Shown: positions 1 to 14,379, numbered from the stretch's first letter. The stretch: DNA of 64,000 nucleotides from Rhynchobatus australiae (GCA_034780895.1 JAUZTB010000064.1:81761779-81825778), one strand, 5' to 3'. A program made the numbers and translations. The notes: generated from the letters alone by a model not told the origin.

Positions 1-129
1 GGAAGTGCATTGCACAATCTTTCACCATTAAAAGAAAATATTCAGCATTTCTAGTTTTTTCTGCTTGAAGTCAATAACCACCCCTCCCCCACTTTGCTAT
101 CTGCTGTTGTGTTGCCCACTCACTCTACT

Positions 130-410
130 TGTCCCCTTGAAGCCTCTTTGCAACCTCATCACATTCTCACTTATTTTCATCAGCAAACATGGAAACGTTA
201 CATCTATTCCCTTGAGCCAAATCATTGGTATAGATTATGAATAGTTGGTCAACAAGCACCGTTGCTTTCTGTTCCCCACTGGTCACAGCCCGTCAATCTT
301 AGTAATTTCAAGGTTTCTCTCTGTTAACCAACTCTCAGTCTATGCCAATATATTACCTACAATTCTGTGAGGTTTAAGCTTGTTCACCAAACTCCTGTGT
401 CGCACCTTGG
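130..410 (-). mobile_element. Decayed CR1-type LINE reverse-transcriptase fragment
   Basis: The antisense text (tcatcagcaaac = ...FADD-like; aaactcctgtgtcgcacctt; agcaccg..ccccactggtcac) resembles CR1 RT motifs; heavily mutated. Confidence 0.55.
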
Positions 411-414
411 CCAT

Positions 415-640
415 CTCTGACTTGTCTACATTCTGCCTCAATAATCTAACAGGTGCCAGCACTTGGACTGTGGGGTGTGGCCAATAACATCTGGTGCTTG
501 TCTTTCTGATGGAACGGGGTGTTCACTATGACAAGGCTGTGCTTGAGGCATTTTGTCAAGAGTAGGAGCCTCAAAAAACGGAGTTTCTCTGTCCTGGACT
601 AACTAGGACAATAGATATGGGGATTCCTGGTGGTGTCCAC
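415..640 (-). mobile_element. RTE-clade LINE, AP-endonuclease fragment
   Basis: Minus-strand translation gives LLLLTKCLKHSLVIVNTPFHQKDKH..., then (frameshifted) W.HP..K.WHLLDY, typical of the RTE endonuclease. Confidence 0.65.
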
Positions 641-691
641 AAGCCCGAAATTAACAATTTAATAAAGCAAATATTCTTGTATGTTTCAACC

Positions 692-886
692 TCATAGAAC
701 ATAGAACAGTACAGCACAGGAGCAGGCCCTTTGGCCCACAAAACACGATGACGAATTAAACTAAATCTCTTCTGCCTGCACATGATCCATATCCCTCCAT
801 TCCCTGCATATTCACATGTCTGTCTAAAAGCCCCTTAAACACCACTAGTGTATCTATTGCTGCCACCACCCCTGGCAGCCTGTTCC
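692..886 (-). mobile_element. CR1-type LINE 3' end
   Basis: C-terminal peptide NRLPGVVAAIDTLVVFKGLLDRHVNMQGMEGYG followed by the CR1 3' UTR (gggccaaagggcctgctcctgtgctgtactgttctatgttctatg) with short tandem tail. Confidence 0.85.
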
Positions 887-986
887 NNNNNNNNNNNNNN
901 NNNNNNNNNNNNNNNNNNNNNNNNNNNNNNNNNNNNNNNNNNNNNNNNNNNNNNNNNNNNNNNNNNNNNNNNNNNNNNNNNNNNNN

Positions 987-1545
987 CACTGATTGCGGTC
1001 TGTTGGTCAGAAAGTCAAGGATCCAGTTACAGAGGGAGGTGTTGAGTCCTAGGTCTCGGAGTTCGGTGATGAGTTTTCTTGGAATTGTAATATTGAAGGT
1101 AGAGCTGTAGTCAATAACCAATAGTCTAACAGAGGTGTCTTTACTGTCCAGATGCTCCAGAGATGAGTGTAGGGCCAGGGAGATGGCGTCCACTGTAAAC
1201 CTGTTTCCGCGGTATGCAAATTGGAGTGGATCAGTTTTCTGGGAGGCTGGAGCTAACACGTGCCATGACCAGCCTCTCAAAGCACTTCACGATGGTGGAT
1301 ACTAGAGCCACTGGACTGTAGTCATTAAGGCATGTTACCTTGTTTTTCTTAGGTACCGGGATGATAGTGGTCTTCTTAAAACAGGTGGGAACATCAGATT
1401 GAAGCAGGGAGAGGTTAAGTATGTCTGCATATACCCCCGCCAGCTGATCAGCACAGTATCTGAGGACATGGCCAGGGACACCATCCAAGCCAGATGCTTT
1501 CCTCGGGTTCACTCTCCGGAAGTCTTATCTTACGTCCTCAATAGT
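987..1545 (-). mobile_element. Rex1/Babar-type LINE reverse-transcriptase fragment (frameshifted)
   Basis: ORFs 1231-1512 and 756-1280 give [78 protein letters not shown].., [16 protein letters not shown]. Confidence 0.9.
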
Positions 1546-4500
1546 GACCATGGGTTCATTTGCATTGGAGGCAGTTAGTGGGCAACGACAAACCACATCT
1601 TACGCCAACCCACTCCACTTGGAAATACTTTACATCATTCTCTCCACCTAACTGACTGGAATGAAGGTGTGGCCTCTACCAACAGATCTCATCTTTGACT
1701 TTGCCACTACCTCTTATCTTTAATGGCAGAATCTCAACCTGTTCCAATACAATCATCAAGTCTTTAAGATCCTTGTCACATGCCAGTCCCAAAGGTCTCA
1801 ATAGTATTTGGGACCATGTGATCATCTCAAAAGTTGTGAGTTTTCTCCATGGTTATTCCCTCACTATCCAAAAGAAAGCTGGGTCTGCGATAGTGCAATG
1901 TCAGGGTTTATCTTATTCTGTTCCTGTCACAGCTCCTGTACACGAGAAGATATCAAAATGGATAGCAGGCAAAATGTAGTGATTTTGCTTCCCTGATACT
2001 GATTTGTTGACGATACAAAACCAATTTCCTAACAAGCCAGTACAAGCTAATGTTTCAAGGACCTAACCTAATACTGGGAATCACAGAATGTTCCCTCACA
2101 AGCATGCTGAAGACTTTGACTAACATCTTTTCAAACAAACAAAATTCATAGGATACAGAAACATTCCAAAGATGATAGGGGCAGTTCATACCAGTTTCTG
2201 CTTCATTAAAGCTTTGGGGATTCAACATGTCATAGCTGTGATTATTGTGGAATCAGGGTATAAAGATCACACAGAGCTTAACCCCCAGACTCCAGTTGCA
2301 AGAGAATGTGACGAGCTAAGGACAAAGATTTTACAAAGAGTACCAAAAAGGAAACATATCACTGCCTTCACAACTAAAGGAACATTTTACGGTAGTTTAT
2401 TTTTTAAACTGTTTGGAACCAAGTTTGATTAAAAAAACACTTGTTGAGACAAAACTGGGGAGCTTTAGTTTTTGGCAGGCAGGGGGGAGCAGCTTTGGCT
2501 TTTAATTTGCATTGACAATTGAAATAAAAGTTGAGAAAAATGACAAAGAGGCTGCAAATTCACTATTTCATATTTTATGTTACTGAACAAAGTAAAAGTA
2601 ACCCCCACAGTATGTTTTAGAAAAACTTAATTTCATGACTTGGGCAGTGGTTTAACAAAAATGAATTACATTATCAAAAACTGCAATACACAATGAGCTA
2701 ACTGTTTCCAGTCTACAATAATAAACTGATTGTACAACAAATCATTTGGGAATCAGTTTGAGAACTGAAACAGCACCTTAACAGCTGACACAATGCTATT
2801 GCTCCATTTTAGGAGAAGGAGTTGGTGAAGTTAATTGATTGTCATCTATACTTTTTCTGAAGTATTCTGATGAACAGTTAAGGAAATTTCTATTTTGCCA
2901 GAATCATCTTTAGACTTTCCACCATGTCATAGTTCTAATGCGTGTGGGGAGCTGTGAGATAACACCAGCAAGAACAGATCATCTCCATTTGCTTTTATAG
3001 CCTTTAGAAGTCATCAATTAGGCTGCATTGGGAGTATAGATCTCAGAGCCAGCTAGCATGCTAGGTTTTTGATTTAAGCATTCCCCTTCACATTAAGCTT
3101 TCGTAAAACAGTAGCTAGTTATGTCAAGTAGCCTTGGACATATCCTACATTTAATCCAATGCATTGTTTCATTAGGATTTGCATTGTTTCTCCAGTGTAC
3201 CTTAATTGCTTTTGTTGTCTGCAGCCTTCTGATCTGTTCCAAGGTTCTGACTGCCCCAAGTGTTCTACATTTTCTTACCATTCGCAAACTACTTTAAGGA
3301 GGGTAATTTAGTCAGGGTAAATTTAACAATGGCACCCACTGCAGGAACATACCACTTCACAAACTAAATGTTAATAAGACACAAATGTGTTACTGTTATT
3401 CCTAAAGTGATTAGTGCAAGATTGCAATGCTTAGCTCATTTATTGGAAGGTGTTGTTATGCTACGGTAACCAGAATGTAATGTGGAGAAGTGTGGTGCAA
3501 ACATTTGATACAAAACAGAAATGTGCCATGTATCTGCAGATTTCTTGAAATACTTGACATCTTTTGTAAATACATTTTGATTGTCACATTCCTTTAGAAA
3601 TTTGTTAGCTAAACTGGACAGTTTTAGTGACTGCTGATAAAATGCGCAGTAATGCCTACATTCAAGAGGGCCAGTCCCTGGCAACCATCAACAATCTTGC
3701 TATGTCTATGCACATGGGTAAAGGGGCCACTCTTGATTAGACAGGAGTGATGACATGACATAAATAAAATGTTAAAAGTAGCTCTAATTTACAATCTGTT
3801 ACAATAATTAATGATCCAGAAAACAAATGGAATGGACAGTCCTAACAAGCCAATAAAAGATAAATACAGGATAATTTCCCCTGATTAATGATCCACATTC
3901 CAATCCATATGTTCGCTGTTCAAGGAAATTCATGGCTTTGACCTTTATGTTTGACCAGGCTGAATTCCTTGTACTTTTTAAAAATCTTGCCTCTTGAGAT
4001 AGAGACTGACATTAGATGACAGATGTGCAGTAACAACTCCCACACTAAAATGGTTGCTTCTTAAATGTTTTCACTCAAGCTGGATTTGAACTGCACAATT
4101 TGGACATCTGTAACAATGCAATATATCTCCCACCAATAGCCTTTGGTATCAGATCATCACTTCTTCTTAACTTGCAGCCAAGCCCATCTAGTACCAATAC
4201 CAAAGTGGTATACAAATACAACCTTCAGCAGTCTAATGNNNNNNNNNNNNNNNNNNNNNNNNNNNNNNNNNNNNNNNNNNNNNNNNNNNNNNNNNNNNNN
4301 NNNNNNNNNNNNNNNNNNNNNNNNNNNNNNNNNNNNNNCTCACTATCAATGGCAAGATCTCCCTCTTTTATATGCATGATCAAATTACTTCTTAAAATAA
4401 CTTTAGATTACAGCAGGGACCTGTACATAGAACCATTAAAATAAACTTTAGGGGTTTGATTTTGAAAATTATCACCTCTCAGTAGGAACAATACCAAATG

Positions 4501-6149
4501 TTTTGACTTTCAGTTTTACGGTTTATTGTGACAAATTGACAGCGTCACATGAGAGAACATTGTAGTCAAATACTGTGGGCAGAACGTGGAAGGAGATGAA
4601 AGAATGGCATTCTTGGGAAAGAAAAATATCCTCTATATTTCAAATCTTTGATAATATCCAGACTTCCGAATTGTAACTTAAAGGAACAGAAGCTTTAAAG
4701 AATCATCTATTCTCCAATAAATACTGCTCAATTGGGTGACAATGTAATGACAAGAACAAAAGAAACATGTTATCATATATGCATTGATTACATACTCAAT
4801 GATCAAAGGGAGGATGCTGAAGACACTAAGCGATCAAAATGTGGGAAAAAAACCTGCTTCCTAGAGCAATAGAAAAATCTTTGAACATTCCTAATCTCCC
4901 AATGCTCAGGACACTGATATTTGGTTATAGGCGTTGTCTATGAGTGATGATTATCTGATTTATTTTGGAGCATATTTATGCCAGCCATGAATTATAGGAA
5001 ATCCACCAGGTACCTGAGTGATTTTCTGCATCAAGTCAGGCACTTACCAAAGACTGAATAGTTTCCTACAAGGCACAGCTGTGATGCAGCTATCAAGCCA
5101 ACAATGTAAAAAAATGCTCATTTGTGCCCCTGTCCACAAAGAGCAAGTGAAATCTAGCATAGCCATTCACCTAACTACTAGCCTTGAGATAGTGGAGATG
5201 GACAAAGATGCCAACAAGCAATACAGTTCATTAAGAGCCTGGTAACCAATGCTATTTTTGGAGACTATAAGCATGACTCAGGCCCCAGCTCCTCTGACTA
5301 TATTTAGACAAGGACAAAAGATCTGAATATATGAGAAAAGTGACAGTAACAGTCCTCAACATTAAGTATGGCATCGTGACACATGATATTTGGCACCACC
5401 TATATGCCAGGTAATGACAATAACCAACAAGAAAAAGCCCAACATCATTTCTGCCTTGCCCTCTAAAGGCAAGACCACAGCAAATTGCACTTTAAAATCT
5501 TTTCTGCTTGCTCTCAATAGCAGATCATGTGTGTACACTGCATTTATCTCGGATGTTGCCATTAAGTCCACCTGAGCCAAAATATTTTCATAAAGACAAA
5601 TATTATTTTACCCACCAGTCATTTGTGCTTAATCCCCATCAACAGGAAACTGGGACCTGTATGTACGATTGTTCATCCATAGGGTATGCCCAGAATGGCA
5701 AATTATACTCAGAGCCTATATATTATGTTATATCTAACTCCGACATGATTGGAGAGGACATAAATCAGAAAATTCTCCAGTGGAAGAAAGAACAAGTATA
5801 TTAATGGGACCTTGAAATGTCCTGCCAATCCTTGTTGCAACCTACTCCACCTCACACAGTTATTTAATTATCTCTGAAGTACAACTACTTACAAAGGTGA
5901 CCATTGACAGCTTACTTCATATAGGAAGGCCTGATCCACTGCATGCAAGTACATTTATTTTTCTTAATGATTACAGATGGATAAGGATTGACCAGAAAAG
6001 AATATTTAGGAAGGGCATGTTGTTTCTGAACTTTTTTTTGAGGAAGTCACAAGCACTGTGTACAGTGAATGTCTCTGCCAATGTGAATTACCCCTAAGTT
6101 CCACAAGTTAGTTAATGAAGGTATAAAGACATGGGAGTAACTTTAAAGT

Positions 6150-6755
6150 GTAAATCAGTAATTGGTTGTGGGGTTGGCCAGATGAAAGGGTTGTTCTGCA
6201 GTTGGAAGAATGTGACAAGTGGTGTTCCCCAAGGATTTGCACTACAGCTTCATCTTTTCATCATGTGACAATGATTATGTCGAAGGAATAGATAAAGATA
6301 TTCCCAGATTCATTGTTGATACTAAGGTTATACAATTAGGCACTGTAGGTGAGAGCAGGAAATTGTAAAAAGACATAGATAGAGATAGGTACTGTGAATG
6401 GACAGAACTTCAACAGATTGTGCTCAATGTGAAGACACATGAAGTCAACTACTTTGGATCAACCAAGACAATTTGAGTATTTTCTTAATCCTGGGCTCAG
6501 GTTAAAGTAATCAAAAAAGTTTACAAAGTGGCCAATATTTCAAGAGGTTGACATATAAAAGTAAGATTTGCTTCAGTTGGCATTAAACCTCAGGAAAGCC
6601 ATATTGACCTCAAACAGGATAGAGCACGAGCATGGATTCAAAAAGTTAAATTGTAAAATAGGTTGGGTAAGCATGATGTATAGATGAGCCATGACCCAAA
6701 TGGGTGGTAGAATAGGCCAAGGAGGCTGAATGGCTTTCTCCTGTTTCCATGATTG
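6150..6755 (+). mobile_element. Old CR1 LINE 3' portion
   Basis: gtgacaagtggtgttccccaagga (VTSGVPQG), decayed F.DDTK region, ending in a CR1-like tail ggccaaggaggctgaatggctttctcctgttt. Confidence 0.6.
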
Positions 6756-9021
6756 AAAATATCGAATTTCCTTCATGATCTTCTGAATATATTTTTTAAC
6801 TCTTAATATAGTAAAACCCAACATATGCACCAACTATATAACTGTGAACAACTTGAATACAGAGTGTATCATTAATGGCTCTTTTGCAATTCCTGCAGCA
6901 TACTGCATGGCAAACACAGTTATTGGCAGAGGAAGCAGTAACTTTATTTATACAGGTACAGGCAAAAATGTCAGAGCAAAAAGTGCCCTTCAGATTTTTG
7001 CCAAAACAAAGAAGCACTAAGGACATTAATCAATGGATGCAGATTGATGGAATGATAATGGATTCCTGAAGCTAGACAGGTCTGCAGCATAGCTTTCATA
7101 GTTCACATGCCTCAACCTCCAACACAGTAATAAAGTGCACTTTGAATCTTGGCTAAAGGGCTAAAGTGACAAAAATAAAGATACTAGTTAGTGTGGAATT
7201 GAAATGGAATGCAGGAATGAAAAGACTGTGAAATCATCGCCTTAATTCTTAACCATTTAATAGTCCTACTTTATCTCTTGTAATAACTCTCCTTTGTCAC
7301 TGAGTCCTGCCTCACCAAAATTGCTTTTATTGCAGTGTACTTTTATTTTGTTTTAAAGCAGTATTTATATATTTTTACAACTGAAGCCAACTCATTTTAT
7401 TTGGAACTTCTGTAAAGATCATCCTTTAGATTGGAGTAACTAAGAAAAGGAGCCTAACTTGATGTTGGAAACGGTTTTGTCCAACCAACACAGTAATTCT
7501 ATAAATAGTGGCACATTTCTCCTGGGAAAAAAAGAGACAGAAAAAAAACCAACTTTACAAATACCAAGCCATGTTCAGCCTGAAAGTGAGCTAGAGGAGG
7601 TGGAAGGATGGGGGAACTACTCAGCAAGAACCCTGGGAAATGGCTCCCAATTTACAGTGTTAAGGAACAACAATGCCCGAAAGCATGTTCCCATACACCC
7701 TGGCGCAGGTGGCCAGCTGGGATGATGGGTGTGATAGCAGCAGAAGCAAATATATCAATGCCCCAAGTTTGCAAACTAAGAAAACAATGAAGCCTTATCA
7801 TTGGTAGTCTGGCTTCAAGGTGGGCTTCACTTCCAAGGAAGCCAGGGAAATGGGGGTGGGAGTACCTCAGCTGATGCTATATCAGGGTCTGATCCTATCT
7901 TCTGAAATATACAAGGCCTTGAGGGAATGTGCCCTAATAGTTTTACCATAGAAGCTCCAACTCGAGGCTGGGCCTCAGCCGAGTTTGCAGCCATTCTGGT
8001 GCACTCTTGCCTGTGTCTATTGCATAATGTGCAGAAATTAGATTGAATTTCACAGCTTTTCATAATATAAATATTGACATCATGAATGTCCTATCACTGT
8101 AATAACAGAGACATAATCAGGAGGGGAGTGCAAAAAGAAGGAAGCTCTCAATTATTTTGAATCATTTCTTTTATAGTCCACCTCTATCATCAACCTGATT
8201 TTAAAGGTTTCCCTGCTAAACTTCAATGAATGGAGAAGTGTATACCCCCAGGAATGATCCTTGGTTATACCACAACTTTGCACACCAATAAATGAATACA
8301 TTGTAACTTCCCTCGTTTCACCACAGACTAACCCCGACCCCCACATTTTGTATCTTCATGCCATAGACTATTCCAGAAATGGTACCTGTATTAGGAGAGG
8401 AGGAAACAATTTTTCGCTATGTCTTCTAAGAGTGATGTTAGTGGACTCACTTACTGACATTAGTATTTTAACAGGGAAATATGTGTTATGAGGGAAGTTG
8501 CAAAGGAAATCACATCAAAGGAATTCAAAGCTGATTCTATGGTCCATAAGTGCTCTGGTTTGCCTAGTTTACATAGTCTAGCTTGGTCGTAAGAAACTCT
8601 TAACAATTTTATTACAGTGTTTACCAGAAAAACTGATTGAATATTATCTAAAACCAAGTTAGTTAAACTTAAATTACATCTGTAATTTTTTTAAACCTTT
8701 TGTACAAAACAGTCTTGATTATCTTCACACACAGAAAATACTATGTCCCACACATTTACTTCACTCACTTTCTGGAGTATTTTATTAAGATTGTTGGATT
8801 CGGCAATTCAGAATTTTAGCTCTTTACGATTGACAGTAAAATATATCCTTTTTAATCTATGCACAGCCTGTAATTGCAGGCTGATTTTTTTTACATACCA
8901 AGTAACACAAGTAGTCTGATCATCCTGCACTGTTCAGTCTTTCCAAGAAATGCATGTTTTACAAGAGTTAAGGCAGACAATAGAAACAAATAACTAAAAG
9001 GACACACATCATCAGACTTAC

Positions 9022-9204
9022 AGCCTGCTTTCCTTCAGCTAAAGCCAGTTTCCTTGCACCAAGCCACTATCTCCTCTACAGCTGCTTTTCTTTCGGTTGC
9101 AGGCTGACTCTTCCCTGCAGGCAACATGTATCAGAGGCACTAAAAGCTGGAGTGGAGGAAGGAGAACTGTGAGCTCAGCCTTGCCCTTGTCTGGGCATGC
9201 GTCG
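9022..9204 (-). other. Candidate non-coding exon
   Basis: Minus-strand acceptor cctgtttgttttgacag| and donor GCT|GTAAGT; internal alternative acceptor ttctccttcctccactccag; stops in all three frames. Confidence 0.3.
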
Positions 9205-10029
9205 CTGTCAAAACAAACAGGACGCACAGAATTGCGGAGAGGCTGCATTCCACAGCATTGTTAAGGTTGAATATATTAGAAACAGAAAATTGCCAGAGAA
9301 AAAGATTCAAGTTCAAAGGTCAGGTATCGAAGTGCATTGTTGAACAGCCATTGTTTGATGGGCAGCAACTGGTCAAACAGGAGACTGTGATTATGCATTC
9401 AGTGAGTGAAAAAAAAATTAATCAAAATGATTACACCACAGACAAGAGAATCAGGAGAGACGACACTCCCTCACTATATGAAGCAGGAGGCATTTTCACC
9501 AAATAAAAGAGGATTCTTATAGAAATGTAGTGGTGCAGAGTCTTGTGAGAACCAATGTATAGGATGAGAATTCCCACACAAATCCCCCTCCCCCACTTGC
9601 TTCACTGAGTCCCCTTCTCCAGCACACTAAAAAAAGCAACGGTGGCCAGTGCTTAGTGCTAGTAGGGAGAAAGGTCATTATGAGTTTTCTGCTGGCCCCT
9701 TTCACACTGATCAGGGACGACAACTAAAGAATGACTTTGTTTCTGAATCCCTATGCAACCTTATATCATCTCACACTTCCCCATCCACAGCAGTTCCTTC
9801 ACTCAAGGCTACTGATTCTCCATCTCTCTGTTCCACTTGATGTTTGGATCACTGCACTCCACCCGACACAATTTTCTCTGAGAGCATCTCACCACACTAA
9901 CTCCCATCAAGTGCCTCTGGAAACTCACCCGTAAGTAGATTCCTTCACTTCCTGCCTGGTGTGGACCTTTCTCAAAGTGCCAAGACTAGAGTACTACAAG
10001 TCGATAATTTGCAGTTGGATGTGCATCTT

Positions 10030-10755
10030 CCCTGAGCTCACAGATACTCAGCTTGGATTTCTGCAGCTCCATTTGGCTCCAGGTTGCAGTACGATTTTGG
10101 TACAAATGTGAATGAAGGAGCTGAGGGGGAAGGGGATGGGGTGGAGTGGTGAGAGTGAATGTCCCGATCAGTTTTTGATGGAGTGCGCCATCAAGGAGCC
10201 TTAGTAAAGCTGAAGTCAATGGGGATCAAGGGAAAACTCTCCACTGACTAAAGGCATTTGTCACATAAAGGAAAAGTGGTTGTTGGGAGGTCAATCATTT
10301 TATCTCCCAGGACAATGCTGCAGGAATTCTTCAGCTAAGCGTCCTAGGACAGCTGTCTTCGGCTGTTTTATCAACAACCTACCTTCCAGGATAAGGTCAA
10401 AAGTGGGGATGTTTGCTGATTAATGCACAATGCTCGGTTCCTCAGGAAATGAAGCAGCCCCTGCCCAAGTGCAGGACAGCAACAGGCCATTCTCAGCATC
10501 ATCAAAAGCCCAGCCAGCCTCATTCCCTTGACATTCACTGGCAACACCACCTTAAGGTCAGAAATGGGGATATTCACTGATGATTTCACAAAGTAACTGC
10601 TCAATAAATGAAGCAGCCCATGCCAGTGCGCAGCAAAGCCTGAACTACATGCAGAAATGGGCATAAGTGACAGATAACAAAATACTCCGAGTGCAAAGCA
10701 ATGACAGTTTCTAACAAGAGTGAATCCAACATCCACACATCAACATCCAATAGCG
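10030..10755 (+). mobile_element. Old CR1/L2-group LINE RT fragment with internal duplication
   Basis: Decayed motifs equivalent to AQFGF, KLKSMGIKGK.L.W, AGIPQ.SVLG, RSEVGMFADD; the ggtca(a/g)aa(g/a)tggggat..aaatgaagcagccc block occurs twice. Confidence 0.65.
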
Positions 10756-10844
10756 TGCACAGAACAGTACAGCACAGGACTTTTAGCCCACCATGTCTAC
10801 ACTGACCATGATGCTAACCTAACTAATCCCAGGCCACGATATCT

Positions 10845-11190
10845 GCATGCCAAATACCAGACTTCTGGAGTAAGGACTCCACTCCAAGCTCTGTAATCAT
10901 ATTCAATTTCTAGATGTCCTCAAAACCTCCTTGAAAAACCACAACATCCTCACCGACTCCTGGGAATCTCAGACCCAGACTGGCAGAGAGACATCTGGCA
11001 TAGCACCAACCACTCTGAGAGTCTCCGATAGGAGCCACAAGGAGACCAAGCACAAACAGTGGAAAGAGCACATTTCATCCCAAACAACCTCCCACCGGCC
11101 CCGTCAAGCTCCACCAGCTGCAGAGTCTGAGAATCCCGCCTGTACTGGAAGCAAATCATCCTCATGGCTGAGGGACTACTGAAGAGTTGA
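10845..11190 (+). mobile_element. RTE-clade LINE 3' end
   Basis: PNTRL..., FLDVLKTSLKNHNILTDSWES..., TKHKQWKE (AKRKRRKE-like), then tggaagcaaatcatcctc..gagggact..gaagag 3' UTR. Confidence 0.65.
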
Positions 11191-12229
11191 AATCCTGAAG
11201 AAAAATGCCTCAAAAAAAAGGGGATTTGATAGCAATAAAAACTTCAATAACTTCAACTTGTTGAACTGATGATACTAATTGAGTATCAAGTTACATATGG
11301 ATATTGCGGAAGGTAAGTTTGGTTTGGTGTCAATCCATGAAACGTTTAGAATGAGTTTTAAATAAGTTTATATTAAAACACCTAAATGTTTGAACTATTA
11401 TAGCTAAAAACTACTATTGCAACTAATGACTGGCAACATTAAACATTCATAATGCATCTGATTTTAATCAACATATATTTTACTCAGCCCCAAGAAATTA
11501 ATCACTGAGCAATATTTCAAAGAATTGTGAGTCTATTTGAGTTGGAGATAAATCTGCAATCACCAAAACTCAGTCTCAGTTGTATGTTGAAATAGATCTA
11601 AAACCTACTCTAATACAACAAGTCAATCCCATCGTTTTAGGTGAGGGGAGGCAAACTGATCAATCGTCGGCACTGATGTGTTGAGTGGAAACCCAATGTC
11701 ACTCTCCAAGCCCTTCCAGCATTAGTAGGCATACTGACCTTTTGGCTCTGGAGGCCAGATCTCAACAAACTGCACAACTGGAAAGGCAGAAGCTTCTGGA
11801 TGCACTACAATATGAGACTCTCCCCAGATAAAATATAAGACACACACGCCTATAAAAAGCAGGTCAACAAACTTGACATCAAATCTTTGGTGTCCTTGCC
11901 AAAGAAAAAAAAATAGGTCATCCTCAAAGTTGCAAGGAAAAACACATGTCAGAAGTACGAGGGAGACAAGACCTTAGTTTTCTCCTAAAAAAAATTGATT
12001 GCAATGGACAAAAATGAGGTGGAAGGTAGAGGGGTTTCAAGGGAAATTTTTGGAGACTCTGATTTATTACTCTAGTTTCCAATGATCTCATGTAAAAATT
12101 AGAGCTGTTCTTAAATCAAAGAGAAAATGGAAATTTAAAGCCATTCATTCCATTAGGAACCAAGGAGTGTTCTGAATAATCCTAATTCTTGTATTTCATC
12201 TTTTTGAAGTATTTAAAGTGCCCAATTAG

Positions 12230-12835
12230 TTATTCATTGAGGATGTCTGTCTCCTTCACCTTTTCAACCAGTGAGTGCCACATCCACACCACTATCTGGG
12301 TGAAGAAGTTTCTCCTCCTGGTTTTTGACCTCCCTTTAAGGAAAATAAGTCCTTCCCATCAGTCTACCTAAGCCTCGCCTAATTTTATTAACTTAATTAA
12401 ATCCCCTCTCAGTCTCATCTGTTCCAAAGAAACCATCCGCAGCTGACCCAATCTTTCCTCATAGCTAAATTTCTCCAGTCCTGGCAACATCCTGATAAAC
12501 CTGCTTTGTATCCTCTATAAGTGCTATGACTTCTTGCAGTGTGTATTACAGTTCCAGCATGTATTCTAGGCCTTGGCCAAGAAAGGATGATGTCCAACTT
12601 CTTAATACTTTGTATAGCTATCCTACTACTTTAAGGGGGCTGTGGACACATGCTTCATGGCCACTGCATTCCTACACACATCACGGATTTCCTAATCTTG
12701 TTTGCCCTCAGCAAATGCATTACCTCACAATTCTCCAGATTGATTTTCATTTGCCATTTTTCTGTCCACTTGATTGCATTCACTGATATCTTCTTGCAAA
12801 CAACATTTTTTTCCTTCATCTTCAAGGTCAGTAAC
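12230..12835 (-). mobile_element. Decayed CR1 LINE fragment
   Basis: Minus ORF KWTEKWQMKINLENCEVMHL; further antisense CR1 C-terminal motifs (caccactatctgggtgaagaagtttctcc). Confidence 0.75.
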
Positions 12836-13120
12836 TTTATCACTTGGAAGCTTCTTATTTACAGCCCCTGTAATTTAGTCTACCAGATTGTGCTAAGTGA
12901 TAAAATGTTGTCAGATTTCACTAAATCCACAATTATAATTTTAAAAAGCCTGTGCAAACTTAGCAGTAATTGTACTCTATCAGAAATAAGCATTTCAGTA
13001 TCACGTTAAAATCATTAGTGAATACTTATTTCGTAAGGATGTAATATAACCTAAAGAATACATCTTGCATATTATTGCACAATTAAAATATTGAAAATTC
13101 TTGTATTGAACCAGCAGGTA

Positions 13121-13677
13121 CAGTAGAACCCTGATAGTCCGCTATCCAACAATTCAGAAATCTCTATGGTTTGCCATCTGGCTCACCAAGTAATGTTTGC
13201 TGTGCTTTTTCACTCCCCCGAGCCTTGGTTTCCATTCTTAGTCTAATACCTGTGGGCCCCAGTTCCCGTGNNNNNNNNNNNNNNNNNNNNNNNNNNNNNN
13301 NNNNNNNNNNNNNNNNNNNNNNNNNNNNNNNNNNNNNNNNNNNNNNNNNNNNNNNNNNNNNNNNNNNNNNTTCCTTTTCCCTGGAGCAGGCTCAATGGGC
13401 CGAATGGCCTACTTCTGCTCCCTTATCTTGTGATCTTGTGATCTTCACGCAACAGGGCCTCAGTTCTTACGTTCCCTTTCTCCTCACCCAAGCCCCAGTC
13501 CTCATGCATGCATATACTCCAGGGTCCAGTTCCTCCTACACTCCCTCTCAACTTATCTGCTTCAATGGAAAATTTATCATACTGTGCAATATCAAGAAGA
13601 ACAATCAAAAGTCAGGAAAATCTGCCAGTCCAGCACCACCAAAGTCCCTAATGTGCTGGATTATAAGAGTTTATCTG
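13121..13677. mobile_element. Old Tigger/pogo-like non-autonomous DNA transposon with a nested CR1 tail and gap
   Basis: TA|CAGTAGAACCCTGATAGTCC ... CTGGATTATAAGAGTTTATCTG|TA: degenerate terminal inverted repeats with TA on both sides; a CR1 3' tail (gggccgaatggcctacttctgctcc..tcttgtgatcttgtga) lies inside at about 13380-13445. Confidence 0.55.
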
Positions 13678-14379
13678 TAGTTTGATGTAGTTTTAAATGA
13701 TGATAAACACCCCTTGATGTCACTTACGTGTTGTATTCTGTTCTCTTCAGAAATGACACCAGTTGAATAGGGCTGATTTAAGGAGAAATGCTCCACCAAA
13801 CCATACAATATGTGAATTCAACATATTTATGTATCTCCTACTTTACACCTTCAGATAAAAAACTGTGTTAGATGACAGAAATTATGTTAACTTTTTAAAC
13901 TGCATTTTAGAATTGGTTTACTATTATTTAACCATTAAGAAACAAAGCACAGTCCCGGAGCAATGGAAGACTCAGTCATAGGAGTGGAAACTAACAAGAG
14001 TGATCGTTCAAATTAGGTGTGCTACTATCAGTTGTCCAGATGCGAGCACATTGATAATAAGACTGGAAAGAATGTCTACCTCATGTGTGGATACAAGGGG
14101 ATGATGGGAAGCAATGGATGGAACAAATGAGGATAGTTATTCATTTTGGGAGCTGGGTGTAAGATTGGGCAGATAATTGTGAGATCATTTTGTGACAAAT
14201 CACTTGTTCAAATGCGAAAGTAAACTGTACACAATCTATGGAGGAAATGCCCCTGATGACTTTTTATTTTAATGACCTTAAGTGTGCCATATTCATGCAT
14301 TTCATGGTAGTAACTACCATACAGAGTCAGCACCTGTAGTCAGAACAGCCAGGACAAGGAGAGTACAAAGGGTTAGGTG

